From NCBI GenBank assembly GCA_040954595.2, contig CM082597.2, positions 248,001 to 312,000 on the forward strand: a stretch of 64,000 nucleotides of DNA, written 5' to 3'. Numbering within the stretch: position 1 is the first letter of the stretch; each line of letters opens with the position of its first letter. Shown here in pieces: positions 24,410-38,261 of this stretch. Both the position numbers and the translations under genes were made by a program. Origin of the DNA: Balanoglossus misakiensis (taxonomy: Eukaryota; Animalia; Hemichordata). The notes beneath the pieces were generated by a model that made no database searches, was not told where the DNA came from, and saw only the letters and a list, made by a program, of their open reading frames with translations.

Positions 24410-26909
24410 AGAACCAAGCATGGATTATGGGATAGCTCCGAAGAAATATTACTAAGTTAGGAATACTCAGTGACTGATTGAAGGTTGATAAACTTGAATA
24501 CATATTGGCTGTAAATTTGACATGGGACAACAAATGATGCTGCAATTTCACATTGGTCAACTTGGTAAAGAGACTATATCAAATGCTTGTTTTACAAATC
24601 AAGAATAAAATCTGCCATTTGAATACAGGATGTTTCTAAATGAATAATTGATAGGTAATTCAACATTTGCAATTACTACTATCATTTATGTGCATCATGC
24701 ATTTTCATTGCAAAGAATCTATTCTGTATTTTATTAGCAACCATTTCATAAAATTATGGATGCTTTTCATACTAAGTGCATATTTTAGGGTGTTTTTCTG
24801 ACAGTATTTTTTTCTGTCTTTCCTGGAGTGTCAAATATTAAACTTAGTTCAGTATTATAGAAATACATTGAACTTGAACTTTAAGATTTGCAAGTCCTCT
24901 TTTTTTAACTTGTGTCAAATTGTTATGTGATACTTTAAAATAAATTATGGATATTTTGGAAAATAAAAATTAAGCCATTATTGAAATATTTCTTTTCTTT
25001 GGTTCTGTGTGAAGTATGATTATGTGTAATTGGTCATTCTCAGTTCGAATGATAAAATGACTTGTCAGGCAAAGCAGACTCAGATTGACAGTTGAACAAT
25101 GTACTGATATACTACAACATCTATCAGACTGAAATCAAAATCTCAATAACCACCAGTAAGATTCCCGAGTTAAAGTTACTTTATGATAGGTCATCGGTTC
25201 ATAATTTAAATAACAATCTGAAAAGTAGTGGTGTCGTCACACCTGTTCGGGTCAGTCAAATGTGACAGAGAATAGTCTAAATGTGCGAGTCTGAAACACC
25301 GACACTCGGTGCTAAGGCCAAGAGAATTGAAATTGCTTTCTTCAGTCGCCAAGTAATGTCGTGCATCTAGAAACAGAATCAAGTAAGTGTGTCTGAATCT
25401 ATAAATGATTTGATTCGAGAGTGATAGACTACACCATCAAATATTAGCGAGGAAGTATATGCACAAACCCGGCTCATTGTTGAGCTAGTGTTTATGGCTA
25501 TTGTGATTGATGATTGGTAATTTTCAAAGGTGCTCGTCTCAATCGCTAGTTCTCACACGCACATGAATCTCAGATCACTATTTTAACTTTAAAAGTCACT
25601 TCATGTGACACTGCGTTTACTTGCTAACTTTACATTTTTATTGTCGTGTAGATTACTATCAAGCACAAGAAAGTTTATTATGGGCATAGGCCAAAAGCAA
25701 TAAATGCTAGTGGAAGATTTACGAAGACTGAAATCAGCCACATTAAAGAAGGCGTTGGCAAACCTGAGGCCAAAATTTGAAGTGGCTCACCACTTCAGTT
25801 TCGTTCAAAGGAATTTGCATGGTGCTGTCTGAATGTATTACAGTGAAACTAGCAAGAAGCATGTTCTTTCTGACTTAATAATTTTTGGACACAATCCAAA
25901 GTATTCAACATAATAGGGTAGAAAACTCTGATTTTGACAATCGTTTATACACTTAATGTAGGTTTACGAGTCAATAATGTTAGCAAGGTGGGTCAATCTG
26001 CAACCTAAGTAAACATACTTTAAAAAACTGCATAGGGACTGTGTTCCATAAGAAAAGATGACCATTCTGTCTGAGGTTGGTTTACTTTGGTTTCACTGTC
26101 CCTCCACACACCTTGTCAGTATACACAGGTAGACATTTAACAAAACCGTCACTTGCTGTTGCTTCGACACACAATAGCACCTGTCGGTCACCTCTGACCT
26201 ATTGCCATGACAACCTTCGAACAACAACAGAAATCACACTGCAGACAATCAGCCATGAATATTATCACCTTAGGCTAAAGCATTGAAGACATGACCAAAC
26301 AAGAAATGCTCGTTTTATATTTGTGAGAATGCATGTTGGCGAATACGTCACCTCGATACATATGTAGGTACTGTACTCATGTGAACAATAACAAACACGC
26401 ACTCACACTTTTCATTTTGGATAAAATCCCAGACAGTTGATCAGAAAAGAACGGTCAGTGGCTTTGACTTTCTGTTGTTGTTTAGGGGTCAGCATTTACA
26501 CGTGTGGTTTTAATCTGCACTACAACGTTCTTAATTCGAATTCGAAATGACCACATTATTCAGTGTGTACAGATAGACATATTGAATACAGACTCCACCA
26601 CCTGTTGTTGGATCAACACAAATCAGAACCTGTTGATCACCGTTGAACCATGATGACACGACACCTTCGAACAATAACACAAACCCCCACTGCTGACAAA
26701 TGCGTAGTAATGACATGATAATTACAAGGGTTGCTCATTTTGTTGTGCAAATGTACGAGAGAAAAAGAGTTTGCTCTACAACTAAAGGTCGCCATGTGTG
26801 TCGAAGCATTAGCAGTAACTAATGGCCCATTATGGATATGTTATAAAGCTTCACATAATGCAGTGGTGTTGTAGCTGATTATAAATGTCTGTACTTCAAT
26901 AGAATCACC

Positions 26910-28244
26910 ATGACGACAGAAGTCGCTGGGTCTAAGATCACGCAAGAACAAAAAGTACAACGCAAGATTGTCAGAAGTTTCAACGTTAAAACCAACGCTA
27001 TTGGCTGTGTGCTGACATCAAACAACCCGGCAGAAGAAAGACGATTGGCCAAACGGCTTACATTAATAGAAAGTGAGAGAAGACGGAGAGAAAATACTTT
27101 AATATGGAATCAGAGAAACTTCTTCATCAGTCAAGTTTTTGACCAAGATGATGAATTGAGATTTCCCAGAGCTGAGGAGCAGCCATCTTATCTTGATCCA
27201 GAAGATGAGGCAAGTGATCGTGTCATAAAATCGTCTTCCCTTGATGCTGAACAAGAAACGTTAACAGACCACGAAAAGCCAAAGTCTCGCTTTCCTAAAA
27301 TCAAACTGCGTGCGCTTGGAATATTTGCCAGCGGAATCAAGAACCAGAAAGGGGATAGTTGGTCAACAGTTCAACCATTAGCCCGAAGTCTGACAAGTTT
27401 AACAACTTCAAGATTTGAAAAAGATGGAACTGCAGGGTTGGTTAGAAGAGAGAAAACCGATGTTAGTTGGCCAGGTGTACGGGAAGAAGCTAAGCCAATG
27501 AAGGGCGATAATACACGTGACGCCCACATGACAAGTCATGATTCGCCAGTGGCAACACATGATGAACCAATGACAGTATTCGATACAGAATGTTTACCAG
27601 AAGTTACTAAGGCAACAACACAAAAGAAGATAGCTGGAAATCGAGAATGTTCAACAGTTTTGGACAAGAAATTATTTCAAGGAAAGTCTACGGCCGATCA
27701 TGGAAATGTGGGCGATCAAAAGTTGACAAAAAACGAGGAATTTTATGCAACTCTGAAAGTTAACCAATTGCCATCGATCGCAGTCAACGACAAAAATGTC
27801 AAACCGCAAATTTCCCGTGAGGGTACTATTCTTGATCTGCAAGCAAAAATGCAAGAGCTGTCATCAACAACAACACAAAATGTTGGCGGAATTGAAAAGA
27901 AGATGCTGAAAGAGAAGAAACAAAGAAAAGGGTTTTATAAAAGAGTTCAAAAAGACAAGTCAAAGGTCAAAGGAATGAGAAATCTTTGTGAAATGGATCA
28001 ATCTGACGAAGAATACGAAAGAGACAAATTGATTGGTCGAATCACTCGAACTTTACCAACTCATCTTATGCTGAAAGCACACCAACGTCAAAATCTAGCC
28101 AATGGTGACACTTCCAAGACAAGTAAGAAAATGAAGCTACTGAAAAATATGAAAGAAGACAAGGAAATCTTAAATGATCCGAGATTCACTAATATTCTTC
28201 GGTCGCTTTCCTACAATAAAGTTTCAAAAATAGAAACAAAGTAA
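26910..28244 (+). CDS. Uncharacterised 444-aa protein in a single coding exon; N-terminal coiled coil tentatively CCDC190-like
   Basis: A 1335-nt ORF in AT-rich DNA, preceded by the acceptor tcaatag and a good Kozak context (cacc ATG). N-terminal helix EERRLAKRLTLIESERRRRENTLIWNQRNF, a polar low-complexity middle, and C-terminal ILNDPRFTNILRSL. The family call is from recalled resemblance only. Confidence 0.75.
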   Translation: MTTEVAGSKITQEQKVQRKIVRSFNVKTNAIGCVLTSNNPAEERRLAKRLTLIESERRRRENTLIWNQRNFFISQVFDQDDELRFPRAEEQPSYLDPEDEASDRVIKSSSLDAEQETLTDHEKPKSRFPKIKLRALGIFASGIKNQKGDSWSTVQPLARSLTSLTTSRFEKDGTAGLVRREKTDVSWPGVREEAKPMKGDNTRDAHMTSHDSPVATHDEPMTVFDTECLPEVTKATTQKKIAGNRECSTVLDKKLFQGKSTADHGNVGDQKLTKNEEFYATLKVNQLPSIAVNDKNVKPQISREGTILDLQAKMQELSSTTTQNVGGIEKKMLKEKKQRKGFYKRVQKDKSKVKGMRNLCEMDQSDEEYERDKLIGRITRTLPTHLMLKAHQRQNLANGDTSKTSKKMKLLKNMKEDKEILNDPRFTNILRSLSYNKVSKIETK

Positions 28245-30986
28245 ACCCAAATGCTGTAACACGAGGGCAGACTTAAGTGTCATTTACACATTCTGATAAA
28301 CACATGACAATTTTCCTCCTATGTGTCATTAACAAATATGAGGATTCAAAGGTACAGACATTGCAATGAAAACCGAGAAAAGCTTTGCTACTAATCATTT
28401 TATTTTGTGTGTTTATATGAAACATTTTTGTTTGACTTTAAATACTACTGATTGTTTTTAGTACTCTGCGAAGTTAGAACCCCAAAAGTTGACTTCAAGT
28501 TGTTTCAATAATAAAGTTCACATCATCGACAGGCACCCTTTGAGTTCAAGAGGTGGGCTTCTATTATTCCGCAGTGCGGTTTGTTGAAAACATTCACTGA
28601 CTCAAATATTTACATTAGAGAACAAATCACAATAGTAAACGTACAAGTAGGTATAGATATGTTGTCACCTGGGGACAACACTTTTCACTTGTCATTCCAT
28701 ACACATTGTCATCGAATGCTAATACCACTGTAAATGCTCGTATGCTTATTGACCAAATTCTCTTCAATTGTAAAAGTAAATGTGCTTCGGTTTCTCCATG
28801 CTGTCACACGCAGAGAAATCAAACTACCAAAAACATTAAACTTGTTAAAAATGATTAATAAGTGTGTGATTTTTGTAACTATTAGAGGAATGACATGCAA
28901 AAGTGTCTAGGAGACCGCGACAGACAAAAATGACATCATTCGGGCAGACAGACGAGGTACATGCACTTTCGGTACAGCAATTGGGGTATGGTTTAATAAA
29001 GATGGATGGCAGGTATACTTAGAGTGTCCTCTATTGTCACACTTAACTAGTCAGCCGATATGTGGGACCCTTCCATTAAGACTTTCCAAGTGATGACAGT
29101 ACATCATATGGTTAATTTAGTTGAAGATGATACTTGTACTATAATGCTTGACCACAGAAAGAACATTTCAGATTCTTATGAGGTATAACTTTCACTGTGT
29201 TAGACTACACGATAGAGTACTGCACATTGAGCCTAAGGCAACATTCCGAGGGTCTTTCATCTCGGCGTTATATTGTATCGGTGTTCATTTGCATTCTGTG
29301 CCATCAAAAGGGGTCACAGGGTCATGCTTCACACTGGCTTTATACCACATACCGGGGCGTCGCTAAATTACATGTACACGAAAGTTGAACAAAATGTTCC
29401 TTCTTGTGCTTGCATGTGAAATTCTATCTGAAGTAACTTTTGTCTCATAGCCAGGTGCCCAAAACTGATAAATAGTGAATGATGACATTTAATTCTGCAT
29501 TCTAGTTGTTTACTTTGCCAGCTGAATACATTCTTACAAGGAGACCATTTCAATACAAATGCAAATCACGTGACAGATGTACTGAAGCGTTAAAGAGTGT
29601 AAAAACAAGTCTTTAAAGTTTAAGGATGACGAGTCATACACAGTAATCATCTGTCTGGTAACTTAGTGACTGTCAGGTCGAGGGTTTACGGTTTCTAATC
29701 TGCCTCTGGGAGATCAAGTTTTGGTCTGATCCGCAGTGAGGGACAGGTAAGATGCCACGGTTGATCTCATTTTTACTAAATATAAAAGTTTCTTCACCTT
29801 AATCTCGGTATGTCGCAAAAACCAGTCTAATCTTGTATCGTTGACCACGACACAAGTTTGACCTAAAGGGACTCTGCAAAGTTGTTCCTCTTTAATATTA
29901 GTTCTAACAGAATTTCTAAAACCACAACACAAATTTCACTTGTTCAGCCTGACCTCTGCCAAAGGTCTCTGTTCAAATTCAATGACGCTAAGCTGTAAAA
30001 CAACTAGTGAGACCCTAATACAAAGGTAATGTCCTCGGCAACCAGTATGAGACAAATTATAAGGACCAAGGTAATGATTCCACCGTGTACAGAGACTGCT
30101 GCCATCATCAGACGCATCCAAGGTCTTGTACACTACCATTGTATCTGGCATCAGACAGCTGGAAGGTGTGTATTTAGACCTTGGGGACATGCGCAATAAA
30201 CACAACTCTGACGACTTAGAGTTTGGAAGTTTTTGGCGAGTTTGCAACCTGAGTTAGTTGCTTTGAATGAGTTTCCATATAATTGAAATAACAAAATGCA
30301 TCTGTTTGGCTCCATTGTGTGAGCTAGACAAATATACGAAACGGTACCAGTAGCATTAATTGCCACTTCAAATTCACCACCAACAATACATTAAGTCATT
30401 GACCTACATAGCCATGGTAACGACGATGAATAAACCAATGACATGTAGTGAAGGTAGCCTTCAAGTGTCTTGTAAAATATTTCGAACAGCTTAGATTCGT
30501 ACTTTCATTATACAACAACTCCGGTTCATGCCAGATGCTTCTGGCACCCCCCCCCCCCCCCATCGCTGTCATTCTTTCCCCAATTTACACAGTTTTTAAA
30601 GCTCTGATGTACCGGTACATTCGGCGCCACGCCTCGAATTTTGTACTGCAGCTTGGTAGATATGAGGGCTTGTAGAGCGCAGATGTCAAGCTATCATCAA
30701 TAGACGACATGCTCGATTTGTGATTTACCTAGGGGGGGAGGGGGCTGGGTTGTACGGTAAATCACTGAATGGACGATAGATAGTTTGACAGCTTAATCAT
30801 GGCTCCTCTACATTGTGTAAGAAGATTGATGGTAAGTGATGTTAGCTGAATTCTATGGTTAATGGTCAAACCAACCACATATGTGTGATGAGAAAGTATC
30901 GACATCTCCACTTCTCAGAAATTTCTCATCATTGCAATTTATGTGAGATCAAAAGATGTGTTGGTCTGTTCTATTCTAGGATCATC

Positions 30987-33900
30987 ATGGATTTAGAAGA
31001 CAATGAACAGGCCAGAAGCGTTGAACAGTTATTTCTGTCAGCTGTTGAACGTGGCGATGTAGACTACGTCAAGTACACATTAAAACATGGAACTCTGGCC
31101 AATACTTCCATTAGTGACGTCAGAAGTGGACAGGACCCGATGCAAATTGCACTTGAAAATGGTCATATAGGTAAAGTGATTGAACACCAGAAAATCCACA
31201 TCACTTAATTAGTGACGCTCATTCGTACCAAATTGAATGAATGAATGAACAAATGAATGAATGAAACGACAGTCGTCACAATTTTCCAAAAGTACACCAG
31301 TACTTCATGAAATAAACACAAATACCCATCAGAATTACACATACCTGTAAATGTCATTATTTTTTACAGAAATTGTCAAATTGTTGTTGTACTACAACGT
31401 GTGTGTCAAAGACTCGCTGTTGCGTGCCGTGGATCTACAGTTTTACAAAGCGGTGGAGATTATTTGCAACTTTGCTAAGATTTTATTGCAGGTGAGTGGT
31501 TTCATTAAGAAATAAAGCATAGCATAGACTTGCAGTCTAAACAACACAACGTAACACAACAATTCACATTTATATGTGGGGTTTCTTTGCAGAGAAATAA
31601 TCTTGATATCATCAACTCTCGTACAGACAACGAGGATTTCCATCCTGTGATGACACCAATCATGTTAGCAGCCCACAACAATGACTATGACATCATCAAG
31701 GTATGTGCACATGCTATTATATGATTGAATGATATTCTCATATAATGTGTCATACCAAGACCCTGATGGTCATATTTTGCCAGCACAGAGAGAGAGAGAG
31801 AGAGGGGGGGGGGGGGAGGCAGAGACAGACAGACAGGCAAGCAGGCAGGCAAGCAGGCAGCAGACAAACAGAGTAAATCAAACAGTACGTGAACCATCAT
31901 AACAGTTACAATTTTTGCTTACCCTTCAGCTGCTGTTGTCTTATGGCGCTTTCCTCAAAGATCCCAAATCAGCCAAAGAAGACGTGACAGAGAAACACAC
32001 GTTGCAACATTCCTTGGGAATTCTCTTAATCTACAGAGCTTTGGCCAGCGAGGCATACATCACCTTGACTGCCAGTGACCCCATCAATCGTGCCTTCGTG
32101 CTGTGTGAGAAATTACGACATCTTGGAGAAAGAGAAGTTGAATTTATCGATGAATTTGCCGCTTTGGAACAACAATGTGAGACATTTGCAGCTGAGTTGT
32201 TAGCCCAGGCACGAAACAGTGATGAAACCACAACAATTCTGACTTTCAACCACAAAGAATGGTCTTTGAAAGGAACTGTTAATGTGGATATTCCAAACAA
32301 ATGTTTTGAAGCTGTCATGTACAAACAGAAGAAGGTAAATGTCATGATCGTTTGAGATTTAATGTTTAATAAACAGAGAAACACATGACAAGAGCAAAGA
32401 AAAATTCACCCAAAATGTTGTGATTTAATCGATGTTACCATGGAAATTTGAAATAAATTTTGTATAGCCAATTACACACAAAAACATGTGCCACCATTGG
32501 TCATTGGACCTTTGACCATACCATACGTAAATTAGACGTGACCAAACCTTGTGAAAGAATGACGTAACAATGACTTAATGACTGACATGGTTGATTTTTT
32601 TCTCTTTTTTTCAGTTCATGTCACATCCATATTGCCAGCAGTTCTTGATTGAACGTTGGTATCATGGACTGACTGATTGGAGAGAAAAGGGAATATTCAA
32701 CAGGATTCTTATCAGCAGTCTCATTATGCTGTTCTTCCCCATACTCTCATTGGTTTACATTCTCTGTCCACACAAGAAAATTACAAATTTCTTTCGAATA
32801 GCGTAAGTCAATTTATAAACTTACTTTTAGAGTTGACATTAATTCAAATTAGCACCATGATCATTAACCCTTCCAACACCAGAATCAAATTGGCATAATT
32901 GTCACAAATATGAAGACTTGAAGACTTCGTTATCAAACACTTCATTATCAAAATGCATGATTATGACAAATCTATTATAATTTTTCTCTTCTTTTACTAA
33001 AGGTATGTCAAATTCTTGATGCATACAGGATCATCCCTTTCATTTGTCATCCTCATTTTTATATCATTGTACCGAATCGATGATGCTGTGGCCAGCGGGC
33101 AATCATCAGGTTCAATGGGAGGCTTAGAGATTGCTGTGATGCGTGACAGTACACGAGGAAGAATACCCTCGGTCATTGAATTCATCATGTTAGCTTGGAT
33201 TGTGGGTAAGTCAACTTAGCCATCGGGAATGAGGTACAATTCGACCAATGCGCCACTTTGGAATTCTATATAGCTGGAAGTTATTCAAATTTGAACTCTA
33301 CTTTTGTTTCAAGTAATTTGCTGGGGTTAAATATATAACATTTCATCTGTGAAGATACATGCACTATTATATTGCCATTTCTATCGATTTTTCTAATCTA
33401 ACAAACTGCTTGTATTCTACCAGGAATGACATGGAGAGAAATCAAAGAGGTATGGAATGAAGGATTGAAGAAGTATTTGACTGATTCCTGGAATTTCATG
33501 GATTTTCTGTCAATTAGCCTCTATTGGATGTCGTATACTCTTATGTTAATATCCTGGCTGCGAGTGAGTATATTTGGAACTATAAATTATTAATCAGGTG
33601 ACTTTTATTGTGATTGTCAATTCATCTGGCAAAACTTTACAATACGGTGTTTTTTTTTATAGTGGCGAAGAGTCTACCAAGTGATGGACGCTAGTCTTGA
33701 TTCATCAAGAGGCAAAAGACTGGTGGATGATGTGAGTGAAAACTCAGTCACTACAGACTTCACACAAATGAAAGAATACATCGACAATGCAGTTGGTGAG
33801 ATGTTACATAATACAAGCATCATACATTTAGGACAGATACAACATCTCGCGAAGACTATCGGAAACATGATCGATAGTCTGTCAACCAGCAACGGCAACC

Positions 33901-34786
33901 AGGATCTACAGGGAGACACCAACTTGGTGGAAAGTATCCTGTCGAAATATCAAACCGGAGACAAAGTCATTGAATCTCGTTTAACATGGGATGCCTACGA
34001 CCCCGACTTAGTTGTAGAAGCTCTCTTCTCATTGGCTAATATTCTGACAGTTCTCCGATTAATCAATATCGTCATCATCAGCAAACAAGTCGGACCTCTA
34101 CAAATCTCTCTTTGGGGAATGTTCAACGATGTTTTCAAATTTTTAGCAATATTTTGCTTGGTCTTGGTGGCATTTGCGATGGGAATGACTCAGTTATTTA
34201 AGTTCTACTCGACATTAACAATTATTGGATGTTTTCAAAATCCCGATATGGACGTGTGTGATAGAGGATTTATAAGGTACGTGCTTTATGAAAATGGTAA
34301 AGTAAGGTGAAAATCTTAATTGTCTACTTTTAAAAGACTACTATGAAATATTGCAACCTAACCATTGTTCGTAAACATAAGCTTTTCTGTAGGATTCTCT
34401 AAGATGGATTCTGAGATGGATATGGGGAAACAGAAAAAGGACACAGCTCTTTATAACATTGAAACTTTACCAAACGTATAATCATGTGACTTTGACGCTT
34501 TGCGCTATAATGCATTTCCCGATTACTTTCCTTTTCATTGTAGTTTCTTCAACACTCTACGAACTTTGTTTTGGAATTTATTTGGTTACATTCAACTTGA
34601 GCAGTTGAACACAAATGCTAATCATGAGTTTACAGAGGGCGTTGGTGAGCTTGCCTTTGCCGTATATCACGTGCTTGGAATCATCATTCTTCTCAATGCA
34701 TTGATTGCTATGATGAGTAATACCTATACTAGGATTGAGGTAAGTGATCTTATGGTCTGGAGGTTTTTTTTTCCCTGTTTGTCATC

Positions 34787-34847
<61 letters not shown>

Positions 34848-36370
34848 CAAGATGTTGCAAATGGGGGCAACTCCTCCAAGTTGAAGCAGGGGATGATGAA
34901 TTCGCATATAATTTTTATACCTTAATAACTTTCTATTAATTAATTAATTTATTTATTTGTTTGTTTATTTAAGGAAAACTCAGATATGGAATGGAAATAT
35001 TCAAGAGCACAATTATGGCTGAGTTATATCGAAAAGGGAAACACAGTGCCCCCACCGTTCAATGTCGTACCAAGAGTCACATCAATCTTTCATGTACTGG
35101 TGCAGCTCAAATATTTGCTCTGTCCTGGTCTACGTAAAAAAAGAAAGTCGGTAAGACACATTAAATTATAATTTTTTGCCTAGGCAATGTCATCTTTTTG
35201 GGGGGCAATTTAATATTTATTTACAGTCAGACTCATTTGTACAACTTTTTAATTTTCTTGTGCATTGACAAAAGGAAAGGTCTTTCTCTGTCTCGCCTGT
35301 CCACTCTTTCAAACGATCTATTTGGCTTTTTTTGTTTTCCAGAGACGCAGAAACGAGGGACAGAAATTGGAGAACAAGTACGAGGTAAGTTGCCAGGCAA
35401 AATGCCCATCGCATAACATTCAAGGGTTTGAAGGCCTACCATGAAAACAATGCAAGTTCATTATTAAGTCCCTATCAATAGGTAATTTTTATGTTCTGGT
35501 TTATAAATATGACAAGAACACATATCAGCTTTTGCCCATTTCTGACTCAGTGACTCTTGATTTCCTCTGCGTAGATGGTTTCTCATTCATTGGTTGTCCG
35601 TTATTGGGCGGAGAAACGTTCATCGGCCAAGGAAGGGGAGAAGGGAGTGACTCTGGCAGACATCTTGAAAATTAAGCAAGACATATCCAGCCTCAGGTCT
35701 GTAACCATGGAGATGCAAGATCATCAACGTGATAATTAGCATAGACTGATTCCTTCGGATCAATTACTATGATTGTGAGGTCGACTAAATACCTGTTCAT
35801 AGCAGGTAGTCATCTGAAGAACAATAATGTTGATCTGATGTGCAAACACTGTGATTCAGACAAAAATGACGATTGGCTTTCGTCTGACAATGTATGATTT
35901 TGTCATTTTGCAGATATGAGTTCCTCTCTAGTCAAAGGAAGAGTGAAAGATCGATAAAAGAAGTGGGTGACACCACCACACAAACCTTGACTCGTACGTG
36001 TGACATTGAAACAATCCTTGACAAGCGCTTGACAAAGGTTGAACAACTCCTTGTTGGCGCTGCAGCAAAGACTGACCCAATCGTGAGTGATTCCTCAGAA
36101 AGTCATGACATTGACGTTGATGTCCACGTGGTGGAAGGAGAAGTTGTGAGCGATCACGAGGATGAAGAGCCAGACGAAAGTGCTTCCAGTGAAAGTCACG
36201 AAACGCTCGCCGCAGAACAAGATCTACAAGCCCCGGATGCTGACCTAGCAACTTCATCTTCAAATGAAGCGGAATCAGTTTCAGATTCAGTACCGGATGA
36301 GGACAATGTCCCCAGGAATTTAGACGAAATTGGATATCCGCGTTGGATCGCAAGATTTAGATCACTGTAG
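30987..36370 (+). CDS. TRPC-family (short transient receptor potential) cation channel, paralogue A; ~985 aa, 13 exons
   Basis: Exons 30987-31170, 31370-31491, 31593-31700, 31930-32334, 32615-32802, 33003-33205, 33424-33563, 33663-34276, 34544-34739, 34974-35150, 35343-35384, 35575-35696 and 35914-36370 total 2958 nt. Ankyrin repeats (FLSAVERGD, TPIMLAAHNNDYDIIK), [28 protein letters not shown], pore LFWNLFG, S6 [16 protein letters not shown] box EWKYSR, VPPPFNVVP, coiled coil IKQDISSLRYE, acidic C-tail. Confidence 0.93.
31786..31870. repeat. Compound (AG)n / poly-G / (GACA)n / (GGCA)n microsatellite in TRPC-A intron 3
   Basis: Directly visible simple repeats. Confidence 0.85.
34782..34847. 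repeat. (TCA)~22 microsatellite in TRPC-A intron 9
   Basis: Near-perfect tcatca run. It explains the poly-Ser in ORF 34500-34925 beyond the splice donor at 34740. Confidence 0.95.
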
Positions 36371-38261
36371 ATTGTGAAACACTAACCAGGCACCTTGTTA
36401 GGAAATGATGTGCATTTCCTTAGATAGGTTGGGATTTTTTTCGGGTTTTCAACTCATAAGGTTTTTTATAACTTTTCCCTTGTTCAGGAAAGCGTTAACA
36501 GAAGTACAAAACATACAAAGTATACACGTACCGGTACCTACTCAGATATTTACAGCTGTCTAAACGGGACGATTACTGAGACACAATTTGTCATACTCAT
36601 TGCTCATTAAAGATAACCTTTTGTATGTTGTATAAAATTTACTTGAACCAATAAGCATTATGGATCTAGCTCAACATAACAGTATTATCCCCATTTGTAC
36701 CAAGTTGGGAAAATGGAAATTAATTATTAAGATGCGCCTGAATTCTAGTATTACTGGTAGATCATATCAAAAGTACAGTTTCATGATTTTTTTTCCAAAT
36801 GTGGAAGTTTTCATCACCTTGTTTGTATACAGTGCATAATCTACTGTGATCTTAGGCATCATACTTTGATGATTTTTTACAGATATTTTTTCACAAGGAT
36901 TTACATTTTAAATGTTCAATGTAACCACTCAGTATTACCATTGAGACAAGAGTGCTAGCGATAGCAAACCGAAAATATATATACCAGACATTTGTTGGTT
37001 CCATGAAATCTCACAATAGTTGTGTTTACACATTATTCAAGACTAATTGATAAAATGGAAAACAATTTCGCTTGAGACAAAATATTTTACCACTGAGAGC
37101 AGAGCAGAATATGACAACTATAAGTTATTATTGGGAAACAGACATCCTACCCAGGTTCCATATTTTTTTTAGTAAAGACACTGTAAAGAATAACAAAAAG
37201 AAGCTTTGCAATAAATAAAGTAATTGTCATTTACCGTTTTGCATTTTGTATGTTAAGTCAAAGTGTGTCACACAGGTTTGACTGTATCAATAGAATTACT
37301 GGTCTTTCTTTGATGAAGACATGCAAAGAAACACAGCCTTTCTCAATTGGTATTACGTCATGTTCTCTAAAGACACATTAACGTTGACTTTCACTTTAAG
37401 TTGGACTGTGTAAACACTGTTTGTCGAATATACAAAGAGTCTGTTTGCTTCAAGTATTTGGCATCCATTATCAGAGACAAGCGTGCCAACTTCCACAGGC
37501 AGAGGTATAAGAGGCTAAATCTGAACTCTCGATAATTCTAAAAGTTGTGTTAAGTATTTAAAACAATTTTGTTGTTAGGTAAAGGCCTACGAGAGAAAAA
37601 ACGTTGTCAAGGGAACCGCTACTGGAATCATGAAATGCTTAACGGACATGGAGACTGCCCTAATGAGTTCAAAGAAACAAAGAAGACAGTGTGTGGATAC
37701 AGAAAGTTCAAAGCGAACTTGCAAGACAATCACAATTACAGATGAAGAATTTAGAAAGAGAATCTTACATGGGAGTTACAATTCCCATTCAACAGATACC
37801 ACATACCATTAATTAATAGGTATCCAAACAGTACAATGCATGCAAAAGTCAACTGACCATCAACTGACCATCATGCTCATATTTAGGAATATCAATCATT
37901 GGCAAAAATCATGAAAAATTCTTTGCCTCGATTCTAATTCACACAACGTGTTAATTAAAATGAAAAGACCTTCAGAAATAGTTTGGAAAATTTAGTAGTG
38001 CTATCCGTATTGTGAAGGTTAGTTTGACCAAAATGCAAAAAATCCAATATTTTTGAATGATTCAAGTGTTATTTTTCACGACAATAACCATCTTAAACTA
38101 ACACCCATATGTTAAACTAACGCCAATATCATGTTAACGTGCATGCAGATTATTTTTGTTTATGGTTTACGTTTTAGTTGAAGATAGTAACAAAACGTTC
38201 CAATCTTCATCAACGGATGTCACCGACGGCGATACCGTATTTGATTTACTGCCCGTAGATT

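Noticed and set aside
36350-36370. Class I PDZ-binding motif at the TRPC-A C-terminus (FRSL)
   Set aside because: The -2 residue is Arg, not Ser/Thr as in the TRPC4/5 VTTRL motif.
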